Assembly (NCBI RefSeq): GCF_009914755.1
Contig: NC_060927.1
Direction: 5' to 3' (one strand)
DNA from: the human T2T-CHM13v2.0 reference genome, Homo sapiens
DNA length: 64,000 nucleotides
Part shown: positions 1 to 13,015 of the stretch, piece after piece
Layout of the letters: every line of letters begins with the position of its first letter
Numbering within the stretch: position 1 is the first letter of the stretch
The notes under the pieces: generated by a model
What the model was told of the DNA's origin: nothing
Databases searched by the model: none
What the model saw: only the letters and a program-made list of their open reading frames with translations
Position numbers and translations under genes: made by a program

Positions 1-620
<620 letters not shown>

Positions 621-2440
621 GTCACTTTTTAATTTAATATAGTCTGAAATAAATATGTAAATTTGTTACCTTGACAGTCATCGTCTCTTTTTCTTTTCAC
701 CCCAGGTACACTGACATTTGAAAAATATTTATTTGATTCCATATTCATGCTTGCATTTTGGAATGCCACAGACTGGGCAAGGGCGTGACTTAGGCATGAA
801 TGAACTGGTAGCTAGTAAACATCCCCTTTCCCTTCTGACAATTCAGAAAATCTTCCAAAACTCTAATTCATTTATTTCATTTGCTAACTCATTCATTGAT
901 TCATCTGTCTTCTCACCTACCCATCCAACCATCCACTTGTTTTTTCATTCATCCTATCATCCAAAATGTATTTATCAGATATCTTCCCTACACAATATAA
1001 CCTCCTCAAACTCCTGCCCTGGCACACTCCACACAGGCAAACTTTATTTGAAAAAAATCAGGATCCCTAAGGTTTGATACTTTATAAAATAAATATATCC
1101 TCAAAAAGTAACCTGTGAATTGATTTTCCATAAATCGAATCACATTTCAAATGCTCCAGGAAAGCTCGCTACAGGAATCCTGTGACAGATCTTCTGACAA
1201 AGTAGAAAGTACTCACATAATGTAAAACATCATTAGTCTTAAATTTACTTATTGATAAATCTAAATATTGGGTCCTCTTCTCTCTGCTTACCCTAGGTAT
1301 GCCAGATGGCTAGCTATGTTATTAAAATCACCTTAGGAAAAACAATTTCTACAAGAAAAACATCATTCAGATGGGGCTTTGACATTTATGTCATGCATTT
1401 TTGAATGGGCCGGCAACACTGGTGTTAGCTTCTTAGAGCAAGCCAATGAAGGAAACGAATATGGCTTTCATAGTTTTATAAACCTGGAAGCCAAAGGCCA
1501 AGAGATGCAATTTAGTTCCAGTGGTGCCACCGACAGCATGAATGGACTCTTAATCACAACCTCTGGGTCCTGGCAGCAGCCAGAACCATGGTGGATGCTG
1601 CTAGACTGAACATTTGGGTATATGAAACTTAACTCCCTCTGTTTGTAAGGACGGCAGTGTGTGCTGCTAATTGTAACTCAGGAGTTCAAAGTTTAATACT
1701 GAAGAAAGAGACTAGCCAAAAGAAGGATCAATTAAAGGATTTTTGAGAAATTAAAGAGATTTCTAAAATATTTATTCTGGGCTCAGATGTCAGACCATCA
1801 CATAAATAAAATATTAATATAGTCTAAAGATAAATGTTGTATTTTGTGTATTTTAGACTTCTCATTGCTGATATGTAGTGGAATGTAATCAGAATTTCCA
1901 TATGAGAATATTTAGAGGCAAAAACTCTTTGCTGTGCTTCCATGGATACCCACAGAAAAATCATGAGAAAGACAAAGTTACATCCCTAGGAGTCTTTGGA
2001 GAATTTATTGTTTGGTTAATAATCACAAAATGGTGTTATCACTTGGACAATAATAGCACATGGCTTATGTATTTTTAAATGTTAGGTATCAAAATATTAT
2101 ACTCCAGGTTTTCTGCCCATTAGGGATAGAAAGCAATCCAGCCTGGGGAAGGACTTGGCATCTTTAATAAATAATTAGGATGCTTCACAGTTAAGTGGCC
2201 CTTCATGGTTTATAAAGACTTAGAAGCATATTATTGTATTTAACCCTTATAGCAACCTGTGGTTGGTTAGTTATTACCATTGTCATTTCATAAATAAGTC
2301 TAAAGCACGTGGAACTAGATAATCCCCTCAAGGTCACAGAATAATAAGCAGAGAGCTGCCAGGTGAAATGTCCTCTTTCCCAGTATCTAAATGGAGCTAA
2401 TTTCTGGGAGGCTGGGGAGGGGAGAATGTCACAATGCATT

Positions 2441-2761
<321 letters not shown>

Positions 2762-3292
2762 TCATTCTGTCTTTTAAAGGCAGTCACATGGGCTGCAGTC
2801 CTGGAACTCCAGCCCAACCTGGAATAGCACTTCTTCTGGGAACTACTGAGATCTGTTTGTGTTTTAGAGGGTGAGCGCTACTTCATTTAGACACAGAACC
2901 TTTCCACCAAATTTAAAAGTCAATTGGAAAGAGCAAAACTACAGGACTGACAAATCTGGAAATCTGCTTTTGCTTCTCTGAGTATTGAACCTGGTGATTG
3001 AAGCCTTGTCTGCATCCTCTCTTGGCCATTACCTCAACTGTTAGTTGCTTTACTTCATTTGTGCTCATTTACTACTGAAGATTGGAGTGAGCAGTAGATG
3101 TGTTTTAAATGAGAATAGAGTGAGGCTGGGTTTTCATTTTTATTTGAAGTCCAAGCCAAGTTGAGAATAGTGAAATTACAATTGACACAGACCTTTTGCC
3201 AACTGAAGCAAGCACATTTTTCCCAAATACAAAAAGGCACTAGCTATCTAGAAGGAGCAAGACAGTACTTCAACGGCAGGCTCACCATGATT

Positions 3293-3650
3293 AGCCACAC
3301 TGGCCTCCTTCCTGTATCTTGAATGCACTAAGTTCTTTCCCACTCAGGGCCTTTGCTCTAGTTGTTCTATCTTTCTGGAGCGCTCCACCCCTGGAACTTA
3401 AACTGGCTCCTTGTCAGGCAAATCTGGACTGAAATGTCACTTTTTCTAAGAAAACTTCACTGTCCAAGTAATCGAAAGCAGCAGCCAGTCATATTTATAA
3501 GTCATATCATGCTTCTCTATGTTGTCTTCTCTTTACTCGGATCAGGTCTATAAAAGCAAAGACCTGGTCTGTCTTGTTCTTCACTGTATCCCCAGAACCT
3601 AGCTTAGTGCCTTCACATAGTGGGTACTTAATAAATATGTGTTGAATGAA
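3293..3650 (+). mobile_element. L2 (L2a-like) 3' end
   Basis: ctcagggcctttgc...tcactgtatccccagaacctagc...cacatagtgggtacttaataaatatgtgttgaatgaa is the canonical L2 3' terminus. Confidence 0.85.
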
Positions 3651-3699
3651 GGGAGGACCTTGAAAGCTTGGGCCAAACCCATCCTTTTTGATTGTCTGA

Positions 3700-4220
3700 T
3701 ACATTAATGAGCTGTTATTATGTAACAAACTGCCCCAAAACTCAGTGGCTTGAAACAACAATCATTTCTCATTGTTCATGCAGTCTGCAGGTTGGCTGAA
3801 AGTTGACTCCTCTAGGTTGGGCTCAGCTGGGGTGGCTCTGCTAATCTTGGCTGGGCTAGCTCACACATCTGCAGGGCAGCTGGGGGTTGGCTGATTTAGC
3901 CTGGGCTCAGATGATATGGCTCCAGGTTCCCTTCATGAGTCTGTCATCTTCCTTGGACCAGAAGGGTACTCAGGGGCACGTTTTTCTCAAAGTGATGGTA
4001 GGGGCACAAGAGAACAAATAGACCATATGAGGACCCTCACGGCCTAAGCTTAGAACTGGCCCAATGGTACCTGTGCATGCATGCCGTTGGCTAAAGCAAG
4101 TCATATGGCCAATCCCAAGTCAAGGGACACGGAAGTAGACTCTGCCCATGATAAGGCTATGTGAAAGGTACAGCTGAAGAGAGAGTTGACGAATTAGGTC
4201 CAATATGGCAACCTGCCACA
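3700..4220 (-). mobile_element. MaLR LTR, MLT1F/G/H type
   Basis: aacaaactgccccaaaactcagtggcttgaaacaacaatc and ttggctaaagcaagtcatatggcc are MLT1F-H hallmarks. Confidence 0.8.
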
Positions 4221-4659
4221 CCTGAGGATACAAAACAGCACAAATGCATAATTCACAAAAGGCCCAGAAAGTGAGTGTTCTTGGTAGAAAAACCAGTCTC
4301 CTCATTTTCACTGAGATTTACTGGTGTCAAACTCATTGTATGACATCTTTCTATAGATCTCTTTCCTTTTTCTCTCTCCCTCTTTTACTATATATGCTTT
4401 TTCTTCTTTCTTAACATTTTGATATCCTCCCTTAAATGAGAGGGTTTTTTTATGTTTAATGATATTTATTATATAGTTTTAAATTCCTTATTACAAAATT
4501 TAACAGATGAGTGCAATAGTTACACTAAATTTAGCCTCTTTTTATTTAATGTAGCCTTGCAGGATTTTTCTACAGGTTATTTATGCTTTATATAAAACTA
4601 TCTCTTCATCTGGCACAAATACATGTACCTTAAATAAAATCCCTTTCTTCTTCCATACA

Positions 4660-4940
4660 TTGAGGAGAACACAAATTGTAAGCCCTCTCTTGCGGGCATT
4701 TTGGCAATATGTGGCAAAATTGAAAGCACATGCACCATTTAACTCAAGTACTCCTATTCCAGAAAGGTATCCAACATGCGTGTTCATGTGTTCAAAGGTG
4801 TTCATTGCAGCACTGTTTATATTGAAAAAAAACGTCTGTAAAGAGTTTAAATATCCTTTAATATGGTGCTGGTTAAATAAAGTATGGTACATATATGCAG
4901 TGAGAGATCATGTAGTTATTTAAAAGAATGAGACAGCTCT
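4660..4940 (+). mobile_element. Old L1 (L1ME-like) 3' fragment
   Basis: ttggcaatatg..., gtgttcattgcagcactgtttatattg, aaataaagtatggtacat match the L1M ORF2-end/3' UTR pattern. Confidence 0.75.
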
Positions 4941-5021
4941 GCAGCTCAGATCAATCAGCTGGAGTCCAGGAGAGAGATCATGTAGCATAAGCTTAGCTTC
5001 CAGGGACCCAAGCCAGGGGTG

Positions 5022-5024
<3 letters not shown>

Positions 5025-5072
<48 letters not shown>
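5025..5072. repeat. (TG)24 microsatellite
   Basis: Uninterrupted TG run counted directly. Confidence 0.98.
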
Positions 5073-5075
<3 letters not shown>

Positions 5076-5809
5076 ATAATTTTAATCTACTTCATCCTTT
5101 AGCTAGATAGGAATAGAAATTGGGCAACTCACTTGTCAAAACTTGCCAATCTTTAGAAGGTCAGATTAATATCAATAGGCCTTCATGAATGCATGCTTGA
5201 ATTCCATTTAATTACATACACTCTTTAGTATGGACTTGGTGAAGTAAGAGGTCATTGGAACAATCTATCCCTGCCTCTATCCAAGTCACATGACAATAAA
5301 AAAGAGTGACTTCTTCCTGTCTTTAAAAAAGTTATTCAAACACAATTTTAAAAGAATGTTTTGTGACTTTATTACTGTTTTTGATTTGGGAGACTATGCG
5401 TTACATGGCAATTCCTGAGTACCTTCTAGATATCACACAGACATCTGTGGTCTGAACTTGATGTTTTAGAATACTTTTACCTAGAATAGGTTTTTAGACA
5501 TTTGAAGAGCTCTATTACTTTGCAGGTTTGGGGACAGTGGAGAAGACTGACATTTTTAATTCATTATATGCATGATGGCCTAATTCCTCTTCTTGATTGT
5601 GAACTCTTTGGGGTCAAGAGTCAATCCATCGAGTACTACATCCAGAATATATTAAACACTCAACTGATCAAATGTTAAATTAAGTGATCCCTTTAAAACT
5701 CCACCTTTTATCCACAGTTGCAAGTTATGGCTATGTTCTGAAAATAGATAGGTTTCCCCTTAAGAAAATTGGCTTGAGAAAAATCCAAGGTTATAAAACT
5801 AATTATTTT

Positions 5810-6093
5810 CAATGCTGTCCAAATATGTTGCAAACTACACATAAAATTTTAAATATTCTAGTAGCTACCTAAACAGGATAAAAAGAAACTGAAAATTAAC
5901 TTTAGTAATATATTTTAATCTAGTTTATCCAAAATATCATTATTCAACGTGTAATCATCATAAAAAATATTAATGACATATTTTGAAAACTTTTTGGTGC
6001 ATATTTTATTCTAAAACATCTCAGTTGGGATAAGCTGTACTCAAGCACTCTATGGGCACCTGTGGCTAGTGGGTACCATATTGGACAGTGTAT
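5810..6093. mobile_element. MER33 (hAT-Charlie MITE)
   Basis: Terminal inverted repeats gctgtccaa...ttggacagtg; internal tatccaaaatatcattattcaacgtgtaatca and gtggctagtgggtaccatattggac. Confidence 0.8.
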
Positions 6094-6121
6094 ATGTAAT
6101 AGCTGATTGATTGCATTTAAA

Positions 6122-6540
<419 letters not shown>

Positions 6541-6549
6541 TCCAATTCA

Positions 6550-6720
6550 TGACCAGACACAGTGGATCACACCTGTAATCCCAGAGCTTTGGGAGACTAA
6601 GGCAGGAGGATTCTTTGAGCAAGGAGTATGAGGCTGCAGTGAGCTAGGACTGTGCCACTGCCTTCTGCCTGGGCAACAGAGCAAGACCTTGTTTCAAGGC
6701 AAACAAATACATAAAGAAAT
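6550..6720 (+). mobile_element. Alu monomer (FAM/FRAM-like or collapsed AluJ)
   Basis: Left-arm-type start (acctgtaatcccagagctttgggag) joined to a right-arm-type end (gaggctgcagtgagctagg...gcaagacc); TSD aaaat(c/a)caattca at 6537-6549 and 6721-6733. Confidence 0.85.
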
Positions 6721-6957
6721 AAAATACAATTCAAGTTAAAAAGATGAAATTTCCATGCTCTTTAGGAATCTGTTTTCACAGAGAGAGGTAAACTTAAAGT
6801 AGAGTTATTGTGAGACAGACATAAAAGCTCATATGCAGCATGCATTATTGCTAAGTCAACTCACAAAGAAAAATAGCTTAAGTAAAGTTTAGTAACTACA
6901 AAGCATGTGCATTGAACACCTTGATTATGGAAAAATAGTGCATTTAAGAAAAAAGTG

Positions 6958-7271
6958 GGGGCAGGCACAGTGGCTTAGGCCTGTAATCCCAGCACTTTGG
7001 GAAGCTGAAGAAGGAGGATCACTTGAGTTTAGGAGTTAGAGACCAGCTTAGGCAACGTGGCAAGACCCTATCTCTACTAAAAATTAAAAAAAAAAAAATT
7101 AGCTGGGTGTGGTGGCATGTGTCTATAGTCTCAGCTACTCAAGAGGCTGGGACAGGAGGATCACTTGAACTCAGGAGATGGAGGCTTCAATAAGTGGGGA
7201 TCGTGCCACTGCACTCCAGCCTGGGTGACAGAATGAGACACTGTCTAAAAAAAAAAAAAAAAAAAAAAAAA
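6958..7271 (+). mobile_element. AluJ, full length, with poly(A) tail
   Basis: gaggatcacttgag...gcaacgtggcaagaccc J-type left arm; pure A tail ending at 7271. Confidence 0.95.
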
Positions 7272-7644
7272 TTTGGAGACGTGAAGGGAGTCCTTAAAAT
7301 CTTTGCAGCATATGGACTTGAGAAGAGTCTAGAACCGTGTCCCCTGGTCCTGTAATGGGTAGCTTCTCTGCCACATTTCACTCACTTCAAGACAAAAATG
7401 AGAAACTTCAAGGGCTGTTGAACACGGGCAGGATTTTCACAGCTGTTCAGAGTGAGTTAGCACAGGTGTTGTGGGAATCATGATGCATTGGGAAAAGTCT
7501 TTGCTCCTAACAGCCTCAGATTCCACCTGCTCAGTGGATGGTAGTGGGCAGCACTGGTGCAGGTGAAAGGCAGTTGGTGAGACCATTAGCAGCCTCTGGG
7601 GTCTCATCCTGCAATGGACTTTCCCTTGCCATGGAGTACCATGG

Positions 7645-7813
7645 GAAGAACTTGGACTTGGAGCCAAAGAGCCAGCTCCTAGTTCCTACCCTGACAGTTC
7701 TTTTGCTGTGAGATCATAAGCAAGCCATTGAAACTCTCCACTGCATTATCTCTAAAAGGAGAGAAATGGGTTACATCATCCCCAAGGCCTTTGCTGTTTC
7801 TCAGATTCTGTGA
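7645..7813 (+). mobile_element. MIR/MIR3 fragment
   Basis: Degenerate MIR core (ggacttggagcc..., gctgtgagatcataagcaagcc) with a MIR3-like end (gattctgtgat). Confidence 0.5.
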
Positions 7814-7989
7814 TGCCAAGTGAATTGTGTTAGCGTGTGCAGACATCTGAAAGTGTGCCAGGGGCATCCAGGTATTAGCTTGCGATAGAGTGAAAAAGCA
7901 ATTAAATAAAAGGCAAAAAATCCACAAACGCATCTCAGTTTAGGGGATGATGTAGGTTCAGGAGGGCTCAGAGAAATTGAAATTCTTTC

Positions 7990-9130
7990 TTTTTCTGTTA
8001 TTTTAAAAATGTATATTAGTAATACATGAATACATTCTGATTCTGGCCATGCATAAACATATAAAGCAAACCATGAAAGTTTTCCTTCAACTTTTCCTGC
8101 TCCAATTCTGTTCCCCAGAGGTAATCTCTGTCATTATTTTGGGGTACATATTTCCAAGCCCCCTTTTCTGTGCATGTATACCACATATTTAGATATTACA
8201 TAGGTATCTTATTTTTAACATAAATGGCATCATATTATATATGCTATTCTGTAACCTGCTTTTTTTTCACCAATAATGTATCTTGGAGATCTTTATTTCA
8301 GTGTGTATAGGTCCACTTCATTCTTTTGAACAGACTTCATAGAATGAATGTACCACGATTCGTTCAAGCGTTCTTCTAAATGATAAGTATTTAAGCTGGT
8401 TCCAGTTTTTCACTATTATAATGTTGCTATGAATGCCCGTAGGATCCCATTTATATCCACCTGTGCAAGTGTTTCCAAAGATAAGAGTCCAAGAAAAAGG
8501 ACTGCTGAGTCAAAAGCCCTGTCCACTTTTAATTTTGACAAATACTGCTAAATTAACTTTTATGAAAGCTCCATCCATTTATGCTCTCACCAACTGTATA
8601 TTCAAAGGCCATAATAACCAATAGACTACTATCAATATTTTAAGCATTTTTTGCCAATCTTGTTTTAATTTACAATTTCCCAACTTCTAGAGAGCTTGAG
8701 ATCTCTTCAAATATTTACTGGACTTTTGCATTCTTTTCTGTGCAAATCTGTTTAAATTCTCTTCAATATTTTGAATACTTCATTTGTCTATTCCTTATTG
8801 ATTCATGAGAACACTATATATATCCTGGATATTAATGCTGTCGTTTGTCTTTTGAATAGCTTACATAAATTTTTCTCAGTTTTATTTTTTTAACTCCATG
8901 ACATATTTTGTTATATAGAAATCTTTAATCTTTATATATTTCTTTTTTCAGTTTTTGCTTAGAACAAGATTATTTTTCAATGATAGTTCCCAACTTTCGA
9001 TTCTATAATATTAGAAGGTAAGCTTATATATACTGATGTATATATTATTTTGGTGTCAAAATTGTTTTCAAAGATAATTGGACAAATATGCATTATTATC
9101 GATCTTCTCTGTTGATTTCCTATCAGTGAA
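7990..9130 (-). mobile_element. Old L1 (L1ME/L1MC-like) 3' region
   Basis: ccccagaggtaatctctg, aaatggcatcatattatat...ctattctgtaacctgc, ggttccagtttttcactattataa are reverse-strand L1M hallmarks. Confidence 0.8.
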
Positions 9131-9469
9131 AATTTACTGTTCTTTGCATCCCTTTCTTCTAATTCCTCTATGGGACACTCCTGATGGTTTAGCTACTCTA
9201 GCACAGAACAAGCCGGTGTACCGATGAACCAACCTGTCAGTGGTTAAAAGAGGTTCTCTTGTTTGTTCCTCAGCAGTGATGGCAGCTCCTGACCTCCAAG
9301 CAATGAGTCTGGTTCTCTGACATTTTGTTTTCATAGGTAGAAAACACAAACTTTCATCTTGCCAAAGACTGTTTTCTCCCTTCCTTCCTCCCATTCATCC
9401 ATCCTACCGTCCTTCTCTTCCTTTCTTTTGGATTTTTCCCTTCCCTTTTTGCCTTCTTTTCTCTCTCTC

Positions 9470-9560
9470 ATGTACACATTTACTGAGCATCCACAGCATG
9501 TTAGGAGCTGTCCCAAATGCTCTGGGGACACAACAATGAACAGAGCAGCCAAGCCCCGAC
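9470..9560 (-). mobile_element. L2 3' end with CT-rich decayed tail upstream
   Basis: catttactgagcatcc...tgctctggggacacaacaatgaacag. Confidence 0.6.
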
Positions 9561-9639
9561 TTCCATGCAGCTCATTTTCCATATTCGTGCTGTTCATTTC
9601 AACAGACGCTGCAGAGCTCACACTTACATACAACCCAGG

Positions 9640-9880
9640 GGCGGTAAAGGGCATGGATTTGAGAATTGGGAGACATAGATATAGATCCTAGCTCTTCCTC
9701 TTACCTGTGTGACTTGGTCAAGTTGCTTCTTCTCTTCCTGAGTCTCAGTTTCCTCCTCTATAAAACAGATTAACTGCATCTACCACATAAGATTGCCATA
9801 AGGATTGACTGGATAAAGTGTATCAAGAGTTTAACTCCATGCTAAAATTTAATAAATACAATTAGTAAGTGGCAGGCACT
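9640..9880 (+). mobile_element. MIR
   Basis: MIR core tgtgtgacttggtcaagttgctt...ctgagtctcagtttcctcctctataaaa. Confidence 0.8.
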
Positions 9881-9884
9881 GCTC

Positions 9885-9980
9885 ATATTATTTCCCTGTA
9901 TCCTCACAAGCAATCTGCAGCTGGTGGCTGATTGAAAATGATCCACTCCCATTTTGCAGATAAAGGAACTAAGGCTTGGT
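9885..9980 (-). mobile_element. MIR fragment
   Basis: cccattttgcagataaaggaactaaggct. Confidence 0.6.
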
Positions 9981-10846
9981 GCAATCACAGCCACGAGACC
10001 AGGTCTCCCAGGTCCTGGGGAGAGAGCTGTGTTTGCCTTTTCTGGTTTGCCCAGACCAAACTTGGAGTTCTGTTGTATCTGTGCACCACCTGTGCTTCTG
10101 TGTACTCAGTACTTTCTTTAAGTTGACTTATCTTTAAACTTTAATATGAGTAAATAACCATAATATCTGTGTAAAATATGATTTTGAAATACTGGTTATG
10201 GTTTACCTCATACACATCAAAAGAAATACTCAACTGTGAACATTTTAGAACAGGAACATGAGCCCCACCTAGAAACATCTCGTGTGATAATGATGATCTC
10301 TGGCCTCCATGTGGAGAAAGACGTCTCTGAACCACTCAGCCCTTATACTATATAATGATGTCTCAAGATCCACACCTAAACCAAAATGCCGTGACTGGGG
10401 TGGAATTTCTTTTAGCTCATGAAGAACTGATGCTTCAGTCCTGCAGTTTCAGTGGAAGCAGCCTATTGGCCATCCCAACTCCAATTTTGTGAAGTGGCAG
10501 GGCAACCCGAGTTATCCAGTGGTCCCTGACATCAACAAATACAATGAAGCTAGTTCAGTTTAATTTAAATTGCAGTTTACACATAAATATCTCGACCAAG
10601 TGTGAAAGAGAGAGAAGCCGCGTGTAGACTCTAATAGGGTTGGCACTGAGAACCCCTGGAACTATTGGCGTCATTGGTTGTAGCCAATGAGTCTGAAGGA
10701 ATTAGTGCTGGTCAGGCCACAGTGGGAATATTTTGTCCAGTTCTAAATAGCACAGTCATAGGGACACTGCTCTCCTTAGGAGATGAGAGGGGAGTAATGA
10801 ATGTGGCTAAGGAAGGGGAGGAAAAAAAAACCTGTGTCCTGTGAGG

Positions 10847-11066
10847 CAGGGGTGTCCAATCTTTTGGCTTCCCCAGGCCACATTGGAAGAATTGTTTTGA
10901 GCCACACATAAAGTACACTAACATTGATGATAGCTGATGAGCTAAAAAAAAAATGGCAAGAAGAATCTCATAATGTTTTAAGAAAGTTTACAAATTTGTG
11001 TTGGGCCACATTCAAAGCTGCCCTGGGGCTGCATGCAGCCTGTGGGCTGCAGGTTGGACAAGCTTG
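10847..11066 (+). mobile_element. MER30 (hAT-Charlie MITE), full length
   Basis: caggggtgtccaatcttttggcttccc...ggttggacaagcttg; 8-bp TSD ctgtgagg / ctgtaagg. Confidence 0.93.
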
Positions 11067-11262
11067 CTGTAAGGAATGCCTTGAGGCAATATTGGAAGGG
11101 GTCTTAGACCTGATACTCTGGGATGTTCCAGGTGGCCGGCAAGGACTTAATTCAGCTCTCAATTAGGGATGGTTAGAAGCAGGGCTCCTCTTTCTTCCCA
11201 CAGCACTCTGGGCTTCCCTCTATCACTGTATTTTCCATGCTCGATTACATCTCCCAAAGTGC

Positions 11263-11400
11263 TTATTCATATTTTTCAATGACTATTTATTGAGGACCTA
11301 CTGTGTGCTATTCCTCATGTTATGCTCTAGAAATACAGAGGTAAACAGGAAAAAAGGAGACATGGTCCCTGTGGACTGTAAAGAAGATGGTCTAGTAGGC
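11263..11400 (-). mobile_element. L2 3' end
   Basis: tatttattgaggacctactgtgtgc...gacatggtccctg. Confidence 0.75.
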
Positions 11401-11435
11401 CTTCTAGTATGCCTCATCCATAGTGAATAGATCAC

Positions 11436-11551
11436 TATTATATAACATATGGTATATAATTTCCCATAATATATAATATATCCCATAATATATAGTATGT
11501 TATATCCCATAATACATAGTATATTATATCCTATATATCATATATGATATA
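11436..11551. repeat. AT-rich degenerate minisatellite (about 19-24-bp unit)
   Basis: tcccataat recurs at 11462, 11481 and 11505 within TA-rich sequence. Confidence 0.8.
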
Positions 11552-11589
11552 CAATGAAACATGTTTAAAATGTCACAAAGCCCTATATC

Positions 11590-11750
11590 AAGATCTTAAA
11601 TCATATTATCTTTCTTCATAATAACCCAAAGACGTAAGTACCATTATTAATCCCTGTTTTACAGATGAGAAAATTGAGGTTCAGAGAAATTAACCTACTT
11701 GCTGATCACACAGCTAGCAAGCGACAGAGGTAGGATTTAAACCTCCTTCT
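11590..11750 (-). mobile_element. MIR
   Basis: ccctgttttacagatgagaaaattgaggttcagaga...cacacagctagcaag. Confidence 0.88.
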
Positions 11751-11819
11751 GAAGCAATTGTTTAATAAATGGATTGTTGAAATTAAAAGAGCCTACTGTG
11801 GAAAACATGGACTAAGCAG

Positions 11820-11900
11820 TGTATGGGCTACCATGGAAGGCTGTGAGCCCTTCACCCACCCTGAGAAGCAGAGGCTGGATGAGATGTTTCAGACATGCTA
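11820..11900 (+). mobile_element. L3/CR1 3' fragment
   Basis: gctgtgagcccttcacc...gaagcagaggctggatga resembles the CR1/L3 3' end. Confidence 0.4.
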
Positions 11901-12991
11901 GAATTGTAAGTCATTGGCTAGAAGAATTCGAAGACTCTTCCCTTTTCACATCCCTCAAATTTAGGGTTAATTTCCAGAAGATGTGGCCTTCTGCTCTCTC
12001 AGGGTGCTGCTGCTGGGTATGTAGACCATCCCTGAGAAAGAAACTTCCAGGGCTGCTGCATGGCATAGAATCAGCCCCCAAGAGGCATTTTCTTCTAACT
12101 TCAGGGAGAAGCAGCAGATGCTGGAGGAAAGAAAAGAAATTTAAGCCCAAGAGAACTTGAAAGGCCAGGATTGAATTTTTCTTTTACTTATCACATTCAA
12201 AGTCCCCTTTCTCTTCCTGCCTCTGCTCCAATGGGCTTTTGAGGGAAGGACGTTCTGCCTTTTCATGCCCAACTGGACTGATTAGAAAGCTTTGCAAACC
12301 TGGAATGCGAATGTGGCTGCAGACAGTGGGAAGAGAAATCTTTTAATTCCCCCTCTTGCTTTCCCCCTGGCAGCATGACAGGCCCTGTAAGAGTCCTTGC
12401 TGAGGTAATGACATGGAGCATAATTAAAGAATAATTAAAACACTGGGGATCATTTTGTCACCTCTGCCTGCTAATTCCCTGGAGCCGAGTCGGGGTCCTG
12501 CCCTGCCTTGTGAGCGAGCAGCGCTGCTTCTGAGCGTGTAGCTGGGGAGACAGGAGGTCACCTGAGCACACAGGGCCTGTCCAGCTGCACACTCTGCAGC
12601 TTCATGCAGGCCCCGACAGGCCCTTCTGGTGGCCTGGGAGGTGGCAGACCTCAGAGAAAGAAATGCAACTCCACCGGGCCAGGCTCTTCAAATGAACCTA
12701 TCTTCTTATTCAGATTAACTCATTTCTCCATCCACTTATGTAAAACCCAGTTACTGCGCCAGGTATGTGTACAAAATGAGCCCATCAAATATTTGTTTAA
12801 AAAATAACAAGAACAACTTGTGTTTCCATGGAGAAGGCTTCTATGCTTTGAAACTTGATCCTTGACTTAAATCTGACTTGAGACCTTCATTCAATGCTTC
12901 TCCTACCCATTCCCCCTGCCATCACCACTTTCAGCTGTGTTTGAGCTTCCTCATTCTTTATCAAGGAGCTATGTTCCTGAATACATATAGC

Positions 12992-13015
12992 AAAAAAAAA
13001 AAAAAAAAAAAAAAA
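12992..13015. repeat. A24 mononucleotide run with no SINE body
   Basis: Counted directly; flanks are not Alu-like. Confidence 0.95.

Noticed and set aside
4902-4985. 14-bp direct repeat gagagatcatgtag (4902-4915, 4972-4985) as the TSD of an unknown 56-bp insertion
   Set aside because: The L1 fragment runs through the first copy into the enclosed sequence and there is no tail or terminal repeat; more likely chance or a small local duplication.
12480-12620. CpG island or promoter
   Set aside because: Too short and too few CpGs; kept only as a possible enhancer.
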